In this document: in pieces, positions 1 to 13,050 of the stretch
Layout of the letters: each line of letters starts with the position of its first letter
Position numbering within the stretch: position 1 is the stretch's first letter
Source: Klebsormidium nitens
Lineage: Eukaryota > Plantae > Klebsormidiophyceae
Assembly: GCA_000708835.1 (NCBI GenBank)
Contig: DF236995.1
Span: 124,001-188,000 of the forward strand
Direction of reading: 5' to 3'
DNA length: 64,000 bases
Notes under the pieces: model-generated
Seen by the model: the letters and a program-made list of their open reading frames with translations, nothing else
What the model was told of the DNA's origin: nothing
The model's database searches: none
Translations under genes and position numbers: made by a program

Positions 1-486
1 TGGTTCCGTTGGTTCAGTTCCCGGTTCTTTTCTCGTTTCTGGCCGTTCGCTCCGAAAAGAAGCTGCGTACAAATGTCCAGCTTTTTTTGCTGTCCGCTTG
101 CTGACATCTCGTCGCCAATACTTCGTTCCCCAGGTTACGGCTGCCACGTCATTTGTGCTCATCTTCTTCTGCGCCTCTATGGCCGCCGCCCAGTTTGGGA
201 TCATGGGCCAACTGCCGGTCACCGCAGGTGCGCAAAATTCGTGTTCAGCCCCCTTCTCTTTCCAGCATCTGATCATTCCAGTCGCCGATTATTGGAAGTT
301 TGCGGAGACTGTCCAATATCACATAAAGCAAGGTTTTTGTAAACGCTCGTGTTCACAACGGTGTGCGCCGTGTCGTCTTGACTGGGCACTCTATCCATTC
401 TGTCACACGCCGATTACACTAACTATAGCGCATGCAATTCCACCATACTTCCCCGCCTAGTTTGCGCTAACCCACACCCGGACACG

Positions 487-545
487 GCCCAAACCCCAAA
501 ACCCAAACCCAAAATCCAACCCAAACCCGAAGTCCAATCCGTAAC
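487..545. repeat. Degenerate telomere-like C/A-rich tract (CCCAAA/CCCAAAA variants)
   Basis: Sequence reads cccaaaccccaaaacccaaacccaaaatccaacccaaacccgaagtccaatccgtaacc. Similar G/T-rich tracts (on the sense strand) follow stop codons elsewhere in the window. Confidence 0.6.
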
Positions 546-680
546 CTAGCCCAAAAGCTCATCTCGATCCTCTATATTGTACGTGCAGCGCTCGTTTTTA
601 GCGTGGTATGCGCCGGGTCGTCGTTTCTCGGCAACTCGACCGTCCGGTTGATCGTCGCGAAGCAGGGGCGCGCGTCGGTT

Positions 681-1042
681 ATCGTGTTTGCGCTCGCGGG
701 GATTATGATCACCAGCACGGCGCTCATAGGTGCGTTCCGCTTGTTCCGTAGGATTCCGGCTGCATTCCGCCGGAAGCTTTTTGTTTAAATTTGTGTTTGC
801 CTTCGTGGGGATTACGATCACCAGCACGGCGCTCATAGGTGCGTCGGGCTTGTTCGGTTGGAATGTGTTTGCATTCCGGCGGAAGCTTTCCGTTCACATC
901 GTGTTTGCGTTATGATCATCAGCACGGCGCTTATAGGTTCGTCGGGCTTGTTCCGTTGCAGTCGGTTTGCATTCCGGCGGAAGCTTTCCGTTCACATCGT
1001 TTCTCAGTTTCGCGGGCAGCATGATCACCAGCACGGCGCTCT
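681..1042. repeat. Degenerate tandem repeat, about 3.5 units of 98-109 bp
   Basis: Core ATGATCACCAGCACGGCGCT (or 1-mismatch variant) starts at 705, 814, 912 and 1021. GCATTCCG(G/C)CGGAAGCTTT recurs in the three full units. Confidence 0.9.
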
Positions 1043-3972
1043 AGATGCGCTTTTTGCGTCTCTGACAACAGCCGCCTCGTTCCTCAAAAGGCCTTCATTC
1101 TATCGGAAGAATCTGTCGTCCTCTCCTGTCCGGAACAAAGGCTACCCAGATTACTCTTGTGTTGTCGATAGTGTTGAGAGGAAGGAGGCTTTCTGGAAGT
1201 CGTTACTTCCAATGGAGTGGCATTTGCAAATGGGCAGAGTACGGCTTAGAGGTAAAACTGGGCAGTTCTTGAATGACAAGAATGTTTGCCCAAGGACAGC
1301 TTGCTGTCATCAAAGTAGCCCCGCCCAGAAGCAGGCAATCGCCGTACTGCTGCCACTTAAAGTCTTGTGGGACAGTTATCAGGATCGCCAGATGCCCAGC
1401 TTGTACCGAACTTAGCGTTGCAGTACGTTGCTTTTGCAGGTATCTTGGGCGGCGCCAATACAATCTACCAGCTTGAGCATGGCGCGTCGTGGGGTTTCCA
1501 TCCCCTCTGCAAGCGTGGAGTGTAGACGTCACCAACTTTTGAGGTGATAAAGATGTTATATTCATAGTCAAAGTTGTATACGTATATGAGCGCTCCCCTC
1601 CGTAGAGTCCTCAATCACACAGAGAAGGAAGCGAGTGCCATGCTTTGGCACCTAGCTTGGCATGCGAGTTATATAGATTCGTTTTGAAAATCGAAGACGC
1701 ATCGTACTTTCATATATGAAGGTAATACCGAGCAAAATTGAGTGCAAGCTGCCGCGCAGCTAGAGTGGCTTCCAGAGGCAGATTGTGTCACATATCCACA
1801 GCAGGTAATCTGCTTTTGTCCAACTATTTGCCAAGCCTGAAGCGTCATTGCCCTCAGTAATACCATCAGTGATAATCAGATCGAGCGAAAAGAAGCGCCT
1901 TGTTTTTGTGATTACATTATTATCCCGATCGATTTTGAAGAAGCATTGGATGAGTTCCGTTGCAACAAGCACCTAGGGCGGCGCATATGTCAGTCAGGAC
2001 TCCGGGAGGCTGGCAGTCATCAACTTGACTATACTAAAACTCAATGCAGAGACTCGGTTTTTGAGTACCGTCGGTCATGATTGGACTCGATAGACCAATA
2101 TTGACCTCTGCATGTATAAACATCATGGCATCATCATTCATACAATTGCATGTTCATGTAGACACGGGTCCGCAATTGATCTATAGCTTGCAGGCGGCCC
2201 TTGGCGCCGCGCCGCCGGCCGGCCGGCTGGCCGGTGAACAGCTAGCACGGCAACCTACCTAGGGCATGAAATGAACGTACCATATGCATGGCCGGCACCG
2301 TGGCACGTGGCGCTGCGCTATCAAAATAAGCCTAGTACTTTATTTACTCACAACCTGATTTATTAGCGTGTTCGACGATCGATCTGCTGTCCGATGATCT
2401 ACCAAAAGCGTGTCGTTGAAGAAGCAGTGCTTTATGAACGAGCGCGCAGCTGAGAGCTTGAAGCTGTATCAGCGAAGTTTAGTTGTCGAAAAGAACCTGC
2501 GCAAGATCGAGTCGGGATTAAGGATCGATAAAGATAAAACAAGTCACATGCAATAGTTAAAGTTCGGGGAAAGCGTATGTTTTCTCTCAAGCACTCTTCA
2601 TCAGAACTTTCAACAATGTTCCTCAACACTCAAGTCGCTTACGTCTAAGGACTGGGGGCCAGGTTGAAACAAGAGTCTGGAGCGCCGCTTCCGAACATTA
2701 TTACCCCATTATTACAAGCTTTAGCTATGTTGCGGCATGCATATAAATATCAAGCGACGGGCCTGGAAACTTTCTTGCCAGTTGTGCCGCTAGTTTAAGC
2801 CCGGCAGGCTTCGCTCGCTTGGGTCCATGCCACTTTGAGGCGTGTTTAGGGTATTTGTTTAGGGTATGCTGTGCACCGTCCGATTGACGCCTTTTTTCGG
2901 AATCGTTTGTGGCTCTCTTTTGAATTGTGAGCACGAGAAAGGTGCTGTTACAGCACCCCAAACCCACAAGCGCCATGTCTGCGCCGAATTTGCTCCTTCC
3001 TGATCCTCTTCAGCGCGAATTGATGTCGTAGAACTTAAAATAGCAGCGAAGTACCACTTATTTACCCACGACTTCAGAAGAGTCCATTTTCGATTCTGAT
3101 CAGGTGCCTTCCCTTGTGCTTGCAAGAGAAAGAAACTGCGCCAGGCGGCATCCAACTTGCATGTAATTGACCTCCAGGTCTTCGAGAAACGGTCTGGATT
3201 TGGAAGAAAAAGGCAGAGTAACACCGAATGTTTGTTCGACTCAGCCTGGCCCCCTCAGACTACACAAGTCAGCTCGCGCCTGGCTGGAGGTTCCCAGTGC
3301 AGGCTCAATTAATTTGCAGCTTTACCGAAGTCTTTGCCAATTTCTTTTCGCTTACATACTAGTCTGGAACGTCTCAAGCAACCCTGTCCGGTTGACCATT
3401 CTGGACAAACTCGTCTAGGCAAGGCACCCTCTGCCGTTGCGAACGGAACCTTTCTTTCTGCGCAGCAGAGTAAAACCGTCAACTAGGATTCGTTTCTATT
3501 GGTCTGATCATCGCAAACTTCTATGAAAGAAAGGCCGTAGAACTTGCGATTAGTGCCGGAGGCGTGTACCCGTCCGGCGTGCTGGCGCTATATATACGCC
3601 ATACAATGGCAAATAATCGCCGGAGAGAGGGAGTGACTGAAAACTGGTCAGTCCGAAACCTGAGGAAACTCGCACTCTCGGCGCGCTCGTACAGTTGTAC
3701 AGCGAAGCTTCCTGCGCCAGGTATAAGATATGATCATCATTTGCGGCAGTGAAGATAACTGGAAAGGGAGCGCACTCCCCATTCGTGTCAGGGGCCGTGA
3801 AATCAGCGGCCGGCGTTTGCCTCAGGACACGAGTTGCGAAGTAACTTAAAACCCCCAAACCAAATACTCCGCTCCGCACGTAAACCCACCCTAACAGCAT
3901 GGGACTAACCCCACATGTCTCCCAGGCGCCTATCCAAAGTCACATGCCCTGTCAGATCAAATGGAAGGGCCA

Positions 3973-4075
3973 AACCTCAGCTTGACACTTCCGCGGCCGC
4001 CGTTCCGAGCGCTATTCTGACGCGGCCGCGCTGAGCGCCACGGCCAGCGCTACGACGTACGCGCCCCTGCACTTG
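3973..4075 (-). pseudogene. Frameshifted remnant of the GT47 terminal exon (third copy)
   Basis: CTCAGCTTGACACTTCCGCGGCCGCC...GCCAGCGCTACGACGTACGCG aligns to 14789-14875. Translates as AYVVALAVAL / RVRIALGTAAAEVSS* in two frames, versus AYGVALAEALRRVERALDAAAAEASS*. Confidence 0.75.
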
Positions 4076-5388
4076 GGGCTCCACAAGCGACTCTCGCGGT
4101 TGCGGTGCATAGTCCACATCCATACACGCAGATTCGCAAACGAAAAGCCGCACGGATTCGCAAATGCTTCACTCTAAGTTGATCAAATATCACTGGCAAC
4201 GTAGGACGTGACTAATGAATGTACAATCATTCAAGCGCGCAATCGTTGATTGACTGGCGAACTTTAAATAAACGTCCTATGGAGCAATCACTCCACTCAC
4301 GGTGACGTCGTGTACGCGATGACGCGAGGCATCGTTGCAGATTATTGCAAATTCTAAGTCAGTTCGAGTTCGGCGATCGTTCTACATGTTCTACTCCCAC
4401 GTAAGCACAGAAAACATGACGTAACAACGCCCCAGACTCGCACGGGCCGCTCGCGCCTTCTCCGTTCCTTGCTCCGCCTCTTCCGCTCCAGCTCGAACTG
4501 GAGCGCCCTAACCGCGCGGAACCACTGCGAAGTATCAGAAGTGTACACCATCCTCGATCAAGTTCGTCCTGCAGATTATGCAATAGAACAAAACGGCACC
4601 CAAGGCTGCTTCCCACTTGTGACCGAAACTCAGGTGCTTGAATGGACTTGAACAAAGTCCGAGTGTGACTCCTGGCTGTTTATACTGAGCGCGGCCTCCT
4701 CAGAACATGAGCCAAGTCTAGTAAGGTTATGTCTGGCGAAAATCTCTCTTATGCAGACTTCCAGCGGCAAACGAAAGTCTCCGCCCACGTCTGTTTTTTT
4801 CCGTTATGTGAACAAAGCAACCGGTCACACAGCAGTCTACAAAATTCAGCATCCTGTCAGAGTGACCATAAACAAGCTCGCCAGGTGCCTTCCACCGCAG
4901 CAACCGGGATCCTTTCTCCCTCGTACTTGATCAAAAGCGGCCACTAGAGTATCAGTCGCCTCGGATACGATATGTTTGTTGTGATATCCCCGAATCGTGT
5001 ATCAGCGTCGAGTTTTGGCACCAATCTCAGTTGCCGAAGATTTGCCTCTGGCTGCAAATGCTAAAAATTATCGGTGAAGGAATGAACCCGTTCCGTGATG
5101 CAGAGAGATACGGCCAGGGAGTGCTTCGCTAGGACTGCCCCTGCTTCTTTACAATTGTTCATGCGCTTGCGGCGGTTAACACGAACCCAGCGACTCGCGT
5201 TCAATAAGAAAACGAAGCTGAGTACGTTGCCCGTACTTCAACAAAATGGATGATATGCTGAACCGAAGGATGATCCGCTCCACCCCGAACCCACCCTAAT
5301 CACAAACTTAAGTACATACGTCTCCCGGGCGCCTTTCTCGACTTACATGAGAGTCACTTTCCGGAGAATTTCCTGAGCCGGGTCAAGC

Positions 5389-7005
5389 TCAGCTTGACGC
5401 TTCGGCGGCCGCCGCGTCGAGCGCTGTCTCGACGCGCCTGAGCGCCTCGCCGGCGAGGGCGTCGCCGTGTGCGCTCTTCTCCCCCAGAGGGTTGAAGGTT
5501 TCGGGGAGCGGTTCCGCTGCCGCGCGCCGCGCTCGCTCGCGCGCTCTCCCGTGGTCCTCATAGCTGATGGACGGCAGCATGCTCGCGATAACGGCCCTCT
5601 TCCGCTCGAGCTCCGCCTCCGGTATCCGTCGGATCGCCTCGAAGATGTCAGCCCCGTCCCAAATGATATCACCCTCTGGAATGGAAGACGAGTAGCTGCT
5701 CTCGTCGGCGGGGAGGAATGACGTGTACTCGTCGTAGGCGGATGCACGCTGAAAGAGAACCGGGATGCAGCCCACCTGTAATTGAAGGTCAAGTAGTAAA
5801 ATCTCTCTGAGTCTGGCGACCAATTTCTCTCGTACTTTGGACTGATTGATGTGGAAGAAACAGAATCTGGATGCAACCGGGAGATTCTGATTTTCTCCCA
5901 TTGTGATCGGCGCAGGTGATTGAGGGTATCTTGTCCCGCTACAAGCAAGCGCTGCCCGACCGACTGCAAGCAGATCCTCTTGCGGACGGACTTCTTGACG
6001 TGAGTTGTCCGCGCTTAGGGACCGCGGCCGCCTAGCTGCGCTCGCGCTCTCGCTCGCGCGCGCGCACACCTGACACGAGAGGATTAGCGATTTGCTTCGC
6101 ATCGAGGATTTGCCAGCGGCCGAGCCAAGCGACGAGATCGTGCCAGAAGAGAAAGACACACTGCGGATGGCGGGAGAGACGCGCGCGCTGATCGCGGCCC
6201 TGACGCGCGCGCGCTTTCGGGGTTCACTGGAATAACGGATGGCGGAGCTAAGGCGAGCGTGCACGGAATGAGCCGGAATTGACCGGACGGAAATAGAGCT
6301 GACGTCGTATGTGCAGCTGTTAGAAGAATAGAGAGGCAACACAAGAGGCTTCGGAACCCTGTTTTTACCCGTCGTCAGCACTTCGTGACATCAACCTTCT
6401 CGTGTATTTCTAAGGCCCTTTCCGGCCGTCGAAGTATCTGTATAACGATGCTAGGGCTCTGCCCTGCATGGCCTACAAAAGGGAAAGCCTCCAGTAATTC
6501 TCCCAAACTTTGACTTGGATATGACTGGCGAGGTTCCTTAACCGCGCGCTTCGCCCAGCGGGGTTGTCACAGTCACGTACGGTTTTCCTTGTTGAGTACA
6601 AGGGTCCTATCCACATATCCGACTATCCGGTCCCCTGCAAACCTTCTGAGCGGAAGTAGTAAGCAAACACGAGCAGAAACGTCTCGAAATGAGCAATTAA
6701 ACAAGCGCGTCAAGTTCAAAGAAGAGAAACGCCCAGACCCGGAATGTAACCGGACCTGCGGCGAGTCGAAGAGACTCCGCAGGGGAGCCTGCTGGCAGAA
6801 GTGCGGCCGGCAGGCGGAGATGGCCCTAGGTGGGCGGCGGCCCAGGACCCAGCCCAGCGGAGACACCTCAAGACACGTGTCGATCCCGCAGTGGAGCGTG
6901 GTTCAGGTGCAGCATGCCGGTAGAAATCCCCGGCCGCGTCTTCGCCACGCGCTGTGCGACACTGACAGGGATATGCGTCGCGCATACACTGCGCAAACGA
7001 GTAAG
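5389..7005 (-). pseudogene. Partial paralog of the GT47 glycosyltransferase: intact terminal exon 5389-5775 plus a frameshifted internal exon homolog at about 6820-7000
   Basis: Terminal exon GCIPVLFQRASAYDEYTSFLPADESSYS...EASS* is nearly identical to 14790-15182 and has a TTACAG acceptor. MRDAYPCQCRTARGEDAA... matches MRDSYPCRTTRGEDAAAF (17873-18069) but is frameshifted. I found no copy of the GRDH or FCLQPPGD exons. Confidence 0.8.
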
Positions 7006-8792
7006 ATCCGCATTTGGTAATATTTGCGAGTTGGATCGTTGGCGGTCCGAAAACGCTTCAACGAAGTGCTCTAAAAGCGCTGCACAAGCCCTTTGGTTTT
7101 ACAGCGGAACCGTACGTCTGCTCCAAAGGAAGGAGAAGATGGGAGCGAATTAATCGGCTCTAAATTACGAGGTCTTATGAAACTTTGCGAACATGTGGAA
7201 GCCCAACCAGAGTTAGGCAAAGTCTTACGATTGAACTCGATTGAGTGTCATACCATATACCACATGCAAGTAAGGACCGACTCGCTGTACGTTGGATAAT
7301 GCATATAATCAAAGTTGGCAAAAGGGTTCAATACTACTCGTCAAGTCCTTGAAAGAATTCCCGATGATATATTGCTTGAATCTGATTCACAATGCATCGA
7401 AGTGTGAGCTAAGTACTGCATGGAGGCTGACAGGGACTTTGAGAGTATCAACCAGCGAAATCGTGCAACATCTAGTTTGCTAAGAGATGCAGTCCATGTA
7501 AATTATCAACCGGACACTAGTTGAGACTGTGTATGCATGAGGGTCCGGTCAACTGCTACTGTGTTGCTGGACCGCGACTCGCAAGTTGAGCAACAATACT
7601 TAACCATTACAAACCCAGACCTCGTTCGACTGTTCTTTGCAACATGTATTGGTCAAGGGATCTGGGCACCCGCCTCGAGTCCTGTGAACCGTTCTTGAAC
7701 CATTTTTGAACCGTCGAGTCCTTGAAACACTGAAATTGGCACGGTGCGGTGTCTGCAGGCGCCATGACCGCTATATTCCCGGCTATATACTGCATAAAAT
7801 CCAAGGCTTAACCAAACACTTTACTCTGCCTAGACAAACATGCACAATCAGAATGGGGATTGCCTCCGACCAATTCCGAAATGGCTGCCCTCCTTCTCTA
7901 CTTCCACACCTAGAAGCGAAGACTGCAAGCTATTAAACCGACGATCATGTGAAGACGGGGTCTCCTAACTTAGTCCCAGCGCATTTTGGGCTCCTAAAGC
8001 CTTAAGACCTTGAGGAGACGGCGGCCGGACAAGATAGCGTGCGGCACCCCTGCAACAGCACCAGCCAGTCCGGCGGCATCGTTCTTCTCGCCTTCCTGCA
8101 TTAAAATTCAAACCGCAGAGGAGAACATCATTTTGCTTGGACAGGTCGGCGGGAATGATTTTGAACAGGGTTTTTGACGAATAACCATGGGCAGCTACGA
8201 GCTGGTTAAAAGCTGGTTACTTGTCCGGTGACCAGACTCGAGCAAGTATGGGATCTTCAAGTCGGGCAATAATCTGACGTTTGACATGGTTAAAGGCCGG
8301 TTATTGGGTGGAGAACCAGGCTCGAGCCTCGAGTCTGCTTATGATAACCGACCTTGGCTAGCAGCCAAACCCTTCCTATTTGGGCTTCGTAGTCACAAGG
8401 AACGAGCTAACGGCCGCCATGCTTACGAGAGAGTGATGACGCACCAAACCCTGGCTCTCAGCCCAATCGGGTTGCTAATGAAATCTACCACTTCGAAGGG
8501 CAGATCTGGAACTCCCGCATGCCGTGACGCGAAGCTCTTGATCCGTATCCCCGTTGTGTGCTGTGAGTGTGCAAAACCGACTTTACATTTGCCTTCTATG
8601 CTATGCATAAGACCTCTCGACACGTTTTTGTTCTTGCGGATTGGACAGCGGCGCCAGCTGGCGGTCTTCTAAGCAGCAGCTAGGAGCCGAAGGTAAGGGG
8701 GGCGCGCCAGCCCACCGGTGCTTCGCACGAGTCAAGGGTCCTCTCGATCAGACAAGCAGTTGTAAGAAAAGGAAGCAGACGGTAGTTGGTAA

Positions 8793-11650
8793 TCAAACTT
8801 GGCTCAGAGTCGAGAATGGCACCTTCATTTCAATGTATACGAACCTGTTCAAGTTGACGCGATGCAGAACTTCCTGCTTTGCATAAAGCGGATTGTTGTC
8901 CGGACCTACTTTGAATTGACGAGACGCATTTGTAAACGTCCTCAAACTCGGTCCGAGTCGAAGGGACCTCAAACTTGCAAGTATACGAAACAGGGACACG
9001 AGGAGCCACACCTTGTTGAAGCGACTGAAAGAGCAATCTTCTTCGGTCAGACTTGAGGTAGCATACTCCTCATCGGTACCCTCCACGTACTCCCGGTGAC
9101 GTAGCCCATCCAGGGTGCCCATGTTCAGCCTCTCAGGAATAGCCCCCGGCGCAAACATTTGTCCGAGGAACTGCATCTCAGAGAAGCTTCGTGTAAGTAG
9201 TCTTGATGCAGCTATCGCACATCATTGTGTCACACGAGTACTCTTGACAGCGTTAGATTGGACCAACTTGAATGGTCAAGGACGAAAGAAGGAGGATTCT
9301 GAAGCGGATCTGTGGAGTGGTTATCTTGACAAAAGGTGCCGTGATAAAGGTTTAATTGGGGTGTTATTCCTAGAGCATCGCCACTTGAAGAAACCTTTCC
9401 AAGGGCTGTATGAGCAAAGCACCTGACAAACGGATGCTCCAGGTGGGATTTTTCCTCAACCAGATTTCTAGGTCATCCCTACTTTGCCAACAAAGACTAG
9501 CCATCTCCAGATCAACTCTCGAATTTTCGTACAAGGATAGCATGGGACCGGGGTTGCGGATTTGACTTACTCCGTGCACTTCGGGAGTGGTGGTGATATT
9601 CCTGACATTGAAGTTCAGGAAGTGAACGGGCGGGTCTGCAATCAGCTCCTTCTCTGAGTCGGTGAGCACTTCCATCTCGAGCAAGTCGGAGAAAGAGATT
9701 ACGAGGGAGTTGATGCGGCTAGCCTCACGCACGATGGTCGCGAGGCCGTCAGGGCTCTTCCACACGACCGGGCCTGGTGCCTGGATAGAACAAGAGGCGA
9801 TCCATCTATACGAGTTCACTCAAGTAGGTACATGCTGCATGCTGTGTCATCCCTTGATATCAACGCAACTTTGGGCTAAGCATGTATAGGAGGGCGTTCT
9901 AACTATCTGCAAGCAATAAGAAACGCTCAATGTACAACAAATGGCGCAGGTAAGTGTCGGTACAAATCTAAGCAGACGAGCGGCATATGTTTGGTTTGAC
10001 TATCTTATGCCACCCAGGGTGAGCAAGGCCTGCTTATAATGCAATTGCAGCTAGCAGAAAGCGTAAGGAGTCCCAGAAAAGCCAGGGGCAGTTAAAGGAA
10101 GATAGATTCAAGAAACAAGAGTAGATCTTCATCAACAAAGCGGCCGCTTACATCTAGGGCCATCACAGGAATCTTGTCGCAAGTTGCATTGAAAGGCTGC
10201 TCGCCAAGCCTATCAGCGGCTGGATCAAGGAGAATGCTGATTCTGTGAGGCTCTTGGTTTTGGTCATGGTACAGGATCCCAAAGCCCTTCATCCAAGTGC
10301 CTTCAAACAACGGGTCAGCCTCCTCCACCGGCCGCTCCAGGACAACAGCTTCCGAGGGAAGGCTGAACATCTGTACATTCACCTGTGCAAGGAGTCAAGA
10401 CAAGTTTCACAGCAAGTGGGTAATCCAAATATGTAGCTATTGGGTATGCAGCTGAGAAATGTCCAATCGCTTTTAAACTAGAAGAGGAGAGCACTGTGCT
10501 TTTTAAAAAACTGAGACGGCTTTGCTAGTGTTATGAGTGGCCTCTAGGGATACTGTTCCTAAGCAAACGTGCGACTTGCATTTGTTTAGCTCACCAAAAT
10601 CTGCTCAAGCATGCCCAAAAAATATACCTACCTCCAGACGGTTGTCCGAGATTGCGCAGTAGTTATTGCCGTCCATACCATGGAAGTCGAATGTGAAAGA
10701 GGAGTTGAGCTTGTCACCGCTGCTAAGGCGCGTTATCTCAAGGTGGGGATCCAGCTTTCCGGTTGCCGGGCGGTTGCCATTCCCGCCGCTGTTGAACAGA
10801 CACAAGAAATGTCAAAGAACAGAGACTGTACAAGCGTCAGATAAGTAGTGAACCAATGGAAATGGAAGGAGTAATTACAAGCGATACCAGTCCCAGCTTG
10901 TTTACCCAATTCAGAATCGATAAAATAGTAGAACTAACATGTTGCCGTCCATTGATTCAAGAGGAGCTTTGGAAGAGGTTATGCTCAAGAAAGTTAGAGG
11001 GAGGACCGATGGAAAGAACAGGGGAGCATTGGTCGTAGGAAGGGGATCTGACAACATTTAAGGCTTGTATAATGTAACAAAATCTGGGTGGACACATTGC
11101 TTGATTGACAGAGAGCATGTCGAAGTTGCCTCTAGACCTGTACGATGCCAAGTCACACAGAAGCGAGAAACTCAAACACACAACAGTAACACAGGGAAGG
11201 TTAGCCAGAAAAACTCACATGGATTGCACCTTTTCTGTGCGGATGTGCCACCGGTCCCAGAGTTATCAGGATTGCCTAGCGTAATCCGTTCATACACCTT
11301 ACCGCTGCAATCGGAAGGCAAAATGTGGTAGCAGCCAATTCCTTGTATAGTGTAATAGTGTTCCAAGCATCGCAGTCTGACCTCATCTGGCATGAGTTGC
11401 AACAAGCTGCAGGAACATCACTAGAATCTATGTAAGTACCAGCGGCGTCTATATCATTGTGCCACTGGTGTGACGTATGAAGTACCCCAAATTCTGTTCC
11501 AACGACGCTTGGTCATTGCAATCTGTCAGGGACGGGGAGGCACCACAGATGGGGTCATTGATTGCAGGACTGTCTGAGCAGGGATCAACGGCAGTAGCTC
11601 GGGCGGTCCACACGAGGAGGAGCAAGGCAGCGCTCGCTGCGGGCTCGCTG
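8793..11650 (-). other. Putative multi-exon, probably degenerate gene for a secreted Cys-rich protein of unknown family
   Basis: Signal-peptide-like exon AASAALLLLVWTARATAVDPCSDSPAINDPICGASPSLTDCNDQASLEQNLG at about 11480-11640. The next exon after a CTGCAG acceptor reads ACCNSCQMRSDCDAWN. Protein-like same-strand ORFs at 10092-10382, 9370-9819 and 8793-9176. Exon connectivity was not established. Confidence 0.35.
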
Positions 11651-11899
11651 CCCCATAAGGATTTGCCTTATGCATCATTGCAGCCCTAAGCAAAAAGACC
11701 GACGTGATCAGCGGGTCGCATTTCTTCTGCAACAACTTCTACCGAACTTCTGGCGTAAGGGCTATTTTCGCTAGGAAAGATGAGGCTCGAAGGGATGACT
11801 CTGATGTACGTCCTGATACTTTCCTGCGCCATGGTTTCCCCATGGTGCTCGCCATTATTGGCATGGTCCTCGCCAAGCGAACCATGCATGAGGATCTTT

Positions 11900-13050
11900 T
11901 GCCATGTACCGGTACGGGGTGATGAATGATGGGTGATGATTCCTGCCAGGACCTGCCTGCACGTGACGTACCGTACCTACTAGTACGGACGTGCTACCAA
12001 CTACCTACTGCACACGATCGATTGTCCTTTCTCAACTTGTTGTCAGAGTGCAGGATTGCATCCGAGTTACCTATTAAAACGACAAATCCGGCATGTCGTT
12101 GCTAACGAGAATGTCGACATGTAGACCGTCACAAGGTCGTCGTTCAGACCTACCGAACCGGTACTTAGGTACATATTGCAGGCCGGGATGCGAGTTGGGC
12201 AGTGTTCAATGACAGCTGGGAAAGGAAGTGTCAATCCAGGTGGCAGGAAGGCATACCGTACCTACCTATTCCAGGCCCGACAATTCAGGATGATCAGGGC
12301 CCGTCGATTTTACGGCCGGAAGAGATGACTTGGAGCCGTCACCGATATCCTTCTTCGAGTCGGACCGCCCCGGGGCGATCCGATGCGTGTAGCGAACAGG
12401 ACGTTATGGTACTGGCTCTTCTGAATATGGAAAGCTTGTGCCCACTCAGACTGGCCGAGCATGGCACTTGTCATGGCCCGAAGTGCAATCATGCACACAG
12501 CTGTCCACGGGCTGTTCACACTTTCCAAGTGCAGTGCCTCGACCTTTTTGCGGCACTGGGACAGTGGGCGCGGTATTGGTGAGTCGCGTGACTCGTGACT
12601 GCATTTCCTGCATTGGTACGGTACATCACTGACGAGCTATGGTAGTGACCAGTACCGATGTACGGTACCTATCTGGAGTCTGGAAATTGGTACGGTTAAA
12701 CACATTGTCTACAGTCTGGACTCTGAGCTGTCCACATAATACGTCAGTACGGTACATTACGGCAGACAGGATTATTTTTTACTGGTCCCGTAATGTCAGA
12801 CAGAGTCCAGACTGTCAGACAGTTCTGTTGAAACGTAAATGTACGGACTTCGAACTTCAAAGCTGTCCAGGGCTACCGTACCCCGGTACCCACCCAGGGA
12901 TCATGAGTGTAAATAGTCGTACTAGGTACGTAGGTAGTGCTCTCGCTTATAACCCGTTAGTAACAACACGCCGGTTGGGCATCAATTGTTTTCGAATTTG
13001 CCCAGAGTTTTCAATACTACATAAGAATCTTCAATAGGTACTATATAGTA
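11900..13050. repeat. GTAC-rich low-complexity tract with nested inverted repeats
   Basis: About 23 GTAC by manual count in about 1.15 kb, versus 4-5 expected by chance. Perfect 15-bp inverted repeat at 12711-12725 / 12801-12815 enclosing a 9-bp inverted repeat at 12754-12762 / 12788-12796. Confidence 0.65.

Noticed and set aside
98-460. 120-aa ORF with a hydrophobic segment
   Set aside because: It starts at a non-ATG codon and lies at the window edge. It may contain a small signal-peptide exon, but I could not support a gene model.
487-545. True or healed telomere
   Set aside because: The units are irregular and short and are flanked by ordinary sequence, which fits low-complexity 3' flank better.
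5343-6381. 208-aa and 330-aa ORFs read as complete genes
   Set aside because: Only 5389-5775 has GT47 homology. The rest is intron-like sequence or an alternative frame.
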